37,573 bases of DNA from Anaerolineales bacterium (lineage in GTDB: Bacteria > Chloroflexota > Anaerolineae > Anaerolineales > Villigracilaceae): contig DASTFG010000592.1 of assembly GCA_035708785.1 (NCBI GenBank), positions 1 through 37,573 of the forward strand. The letters are read 5' to 3'. Numbering within the stretch: the first letter of the stretch is position 1; the number at the start of each line of letters is the position of its first letter. Under the pieces are notes generated by a model. That model ran no database searches and was not told where the DNA came from. It saw nothing but the letters and a program-made list of their open reading frames with translations. Positions 37,372 to 37,573 of the stretch are shown piece by piece. The position numbers were made by a program, and so were the translations under genes.

Positions 37372-37573
37372 ATGAAACCAACCCTCAACTGGCAAATCGC
37401 TTCCGTCAAAGTCATCAAGCCTGAAACCGCCGAAGTAAAGTCGTTCACACTGACACTGCCCGCCTGGATGCGTCACCGCGCCGGCCAGCACTACGATATC
37501 CGCCTGATCGCGGAGGATGGCTACCAGGCCCAGCGCAGTTATTCGATCGCCTCCGAGCCCGAACGCGAGGGCG
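37372..37573 (+). CDS. Ferredoxin-reductase-type FAD-binding oxidoreductase (runs off the right edge; not in the ORF track)
   Basis: MKPTLNWQIASVKVIKPETAEVKSFTLTLPAWMRHRAGQHYDIRLIAEDGYQAQRSYSIASEP contains the AGQH and RSYSIAS FAD motifs. SD AGGAGG. Confidence 0.9.
   Translation, partial: MKPTLNWQIASVKVIKPETAEVKSFTLTLPAWMRHRAGQHYDIRLIAEDGYQAQRSYSIASEPEREG

Overview
Chromosomal window of a moderately GC-rich bacterium. The gene repertoire (F420 split-barrel enzyme, TIR-TM-Pro/Thr protein, cyclase-STAND-TPR protein, Pro/Thr-linker lipoproteins, DUF4032/ParB-like protein) suggests Chloroflexota, probably Anaerolineae; this is inference only. It holds about 33 CDS, and I saw no rRNA, tRNA, CRISPR array or intact transposase. 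From left to right: a ClC antiporter and an F420 oxidoreductase (-); a large PAS/GAF histidine kinase with a receiver-only regulator; a metallophosphoesterase / ParB-like / DapA-like operon (-); a divergent, tightly coupled operon encoding a Ser/Thr kinase-beta-propeller (probable CTG start), PP2C, a J-domain-VWA fusion, a Zn-ribbon-FHA protein, an 80-aa unknown protein and an OmpR regulator, followed by hsp20 and a NarL regulator; a GNAT and an AAC(3)-IV-like acetyltransferase; a yybP-ykoY Mn riboswitch with terC/alx; a TIR membrane protein divergent from a cyclase-STAND-TPR gene; a DUF3500-msrQ-M1 peptidase unit and a marR-ABC-ABC-MFS unit that share a promoter/operator motif; a deoxynucleoside kinase, an NTase-fold protein and an HD hydrolase; vapBC; and a Mo-oxidoreductase with a flavin reductase. 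The best candidates for an undescribed system are the kinase/PP2C/J-VWA/FHA operon, which may link Thr phosphosignalling to the DnaK chaperone system, and the DUF3500-MsrQ pairing. All family calls come from motif recognition by eye; no database searches were run.
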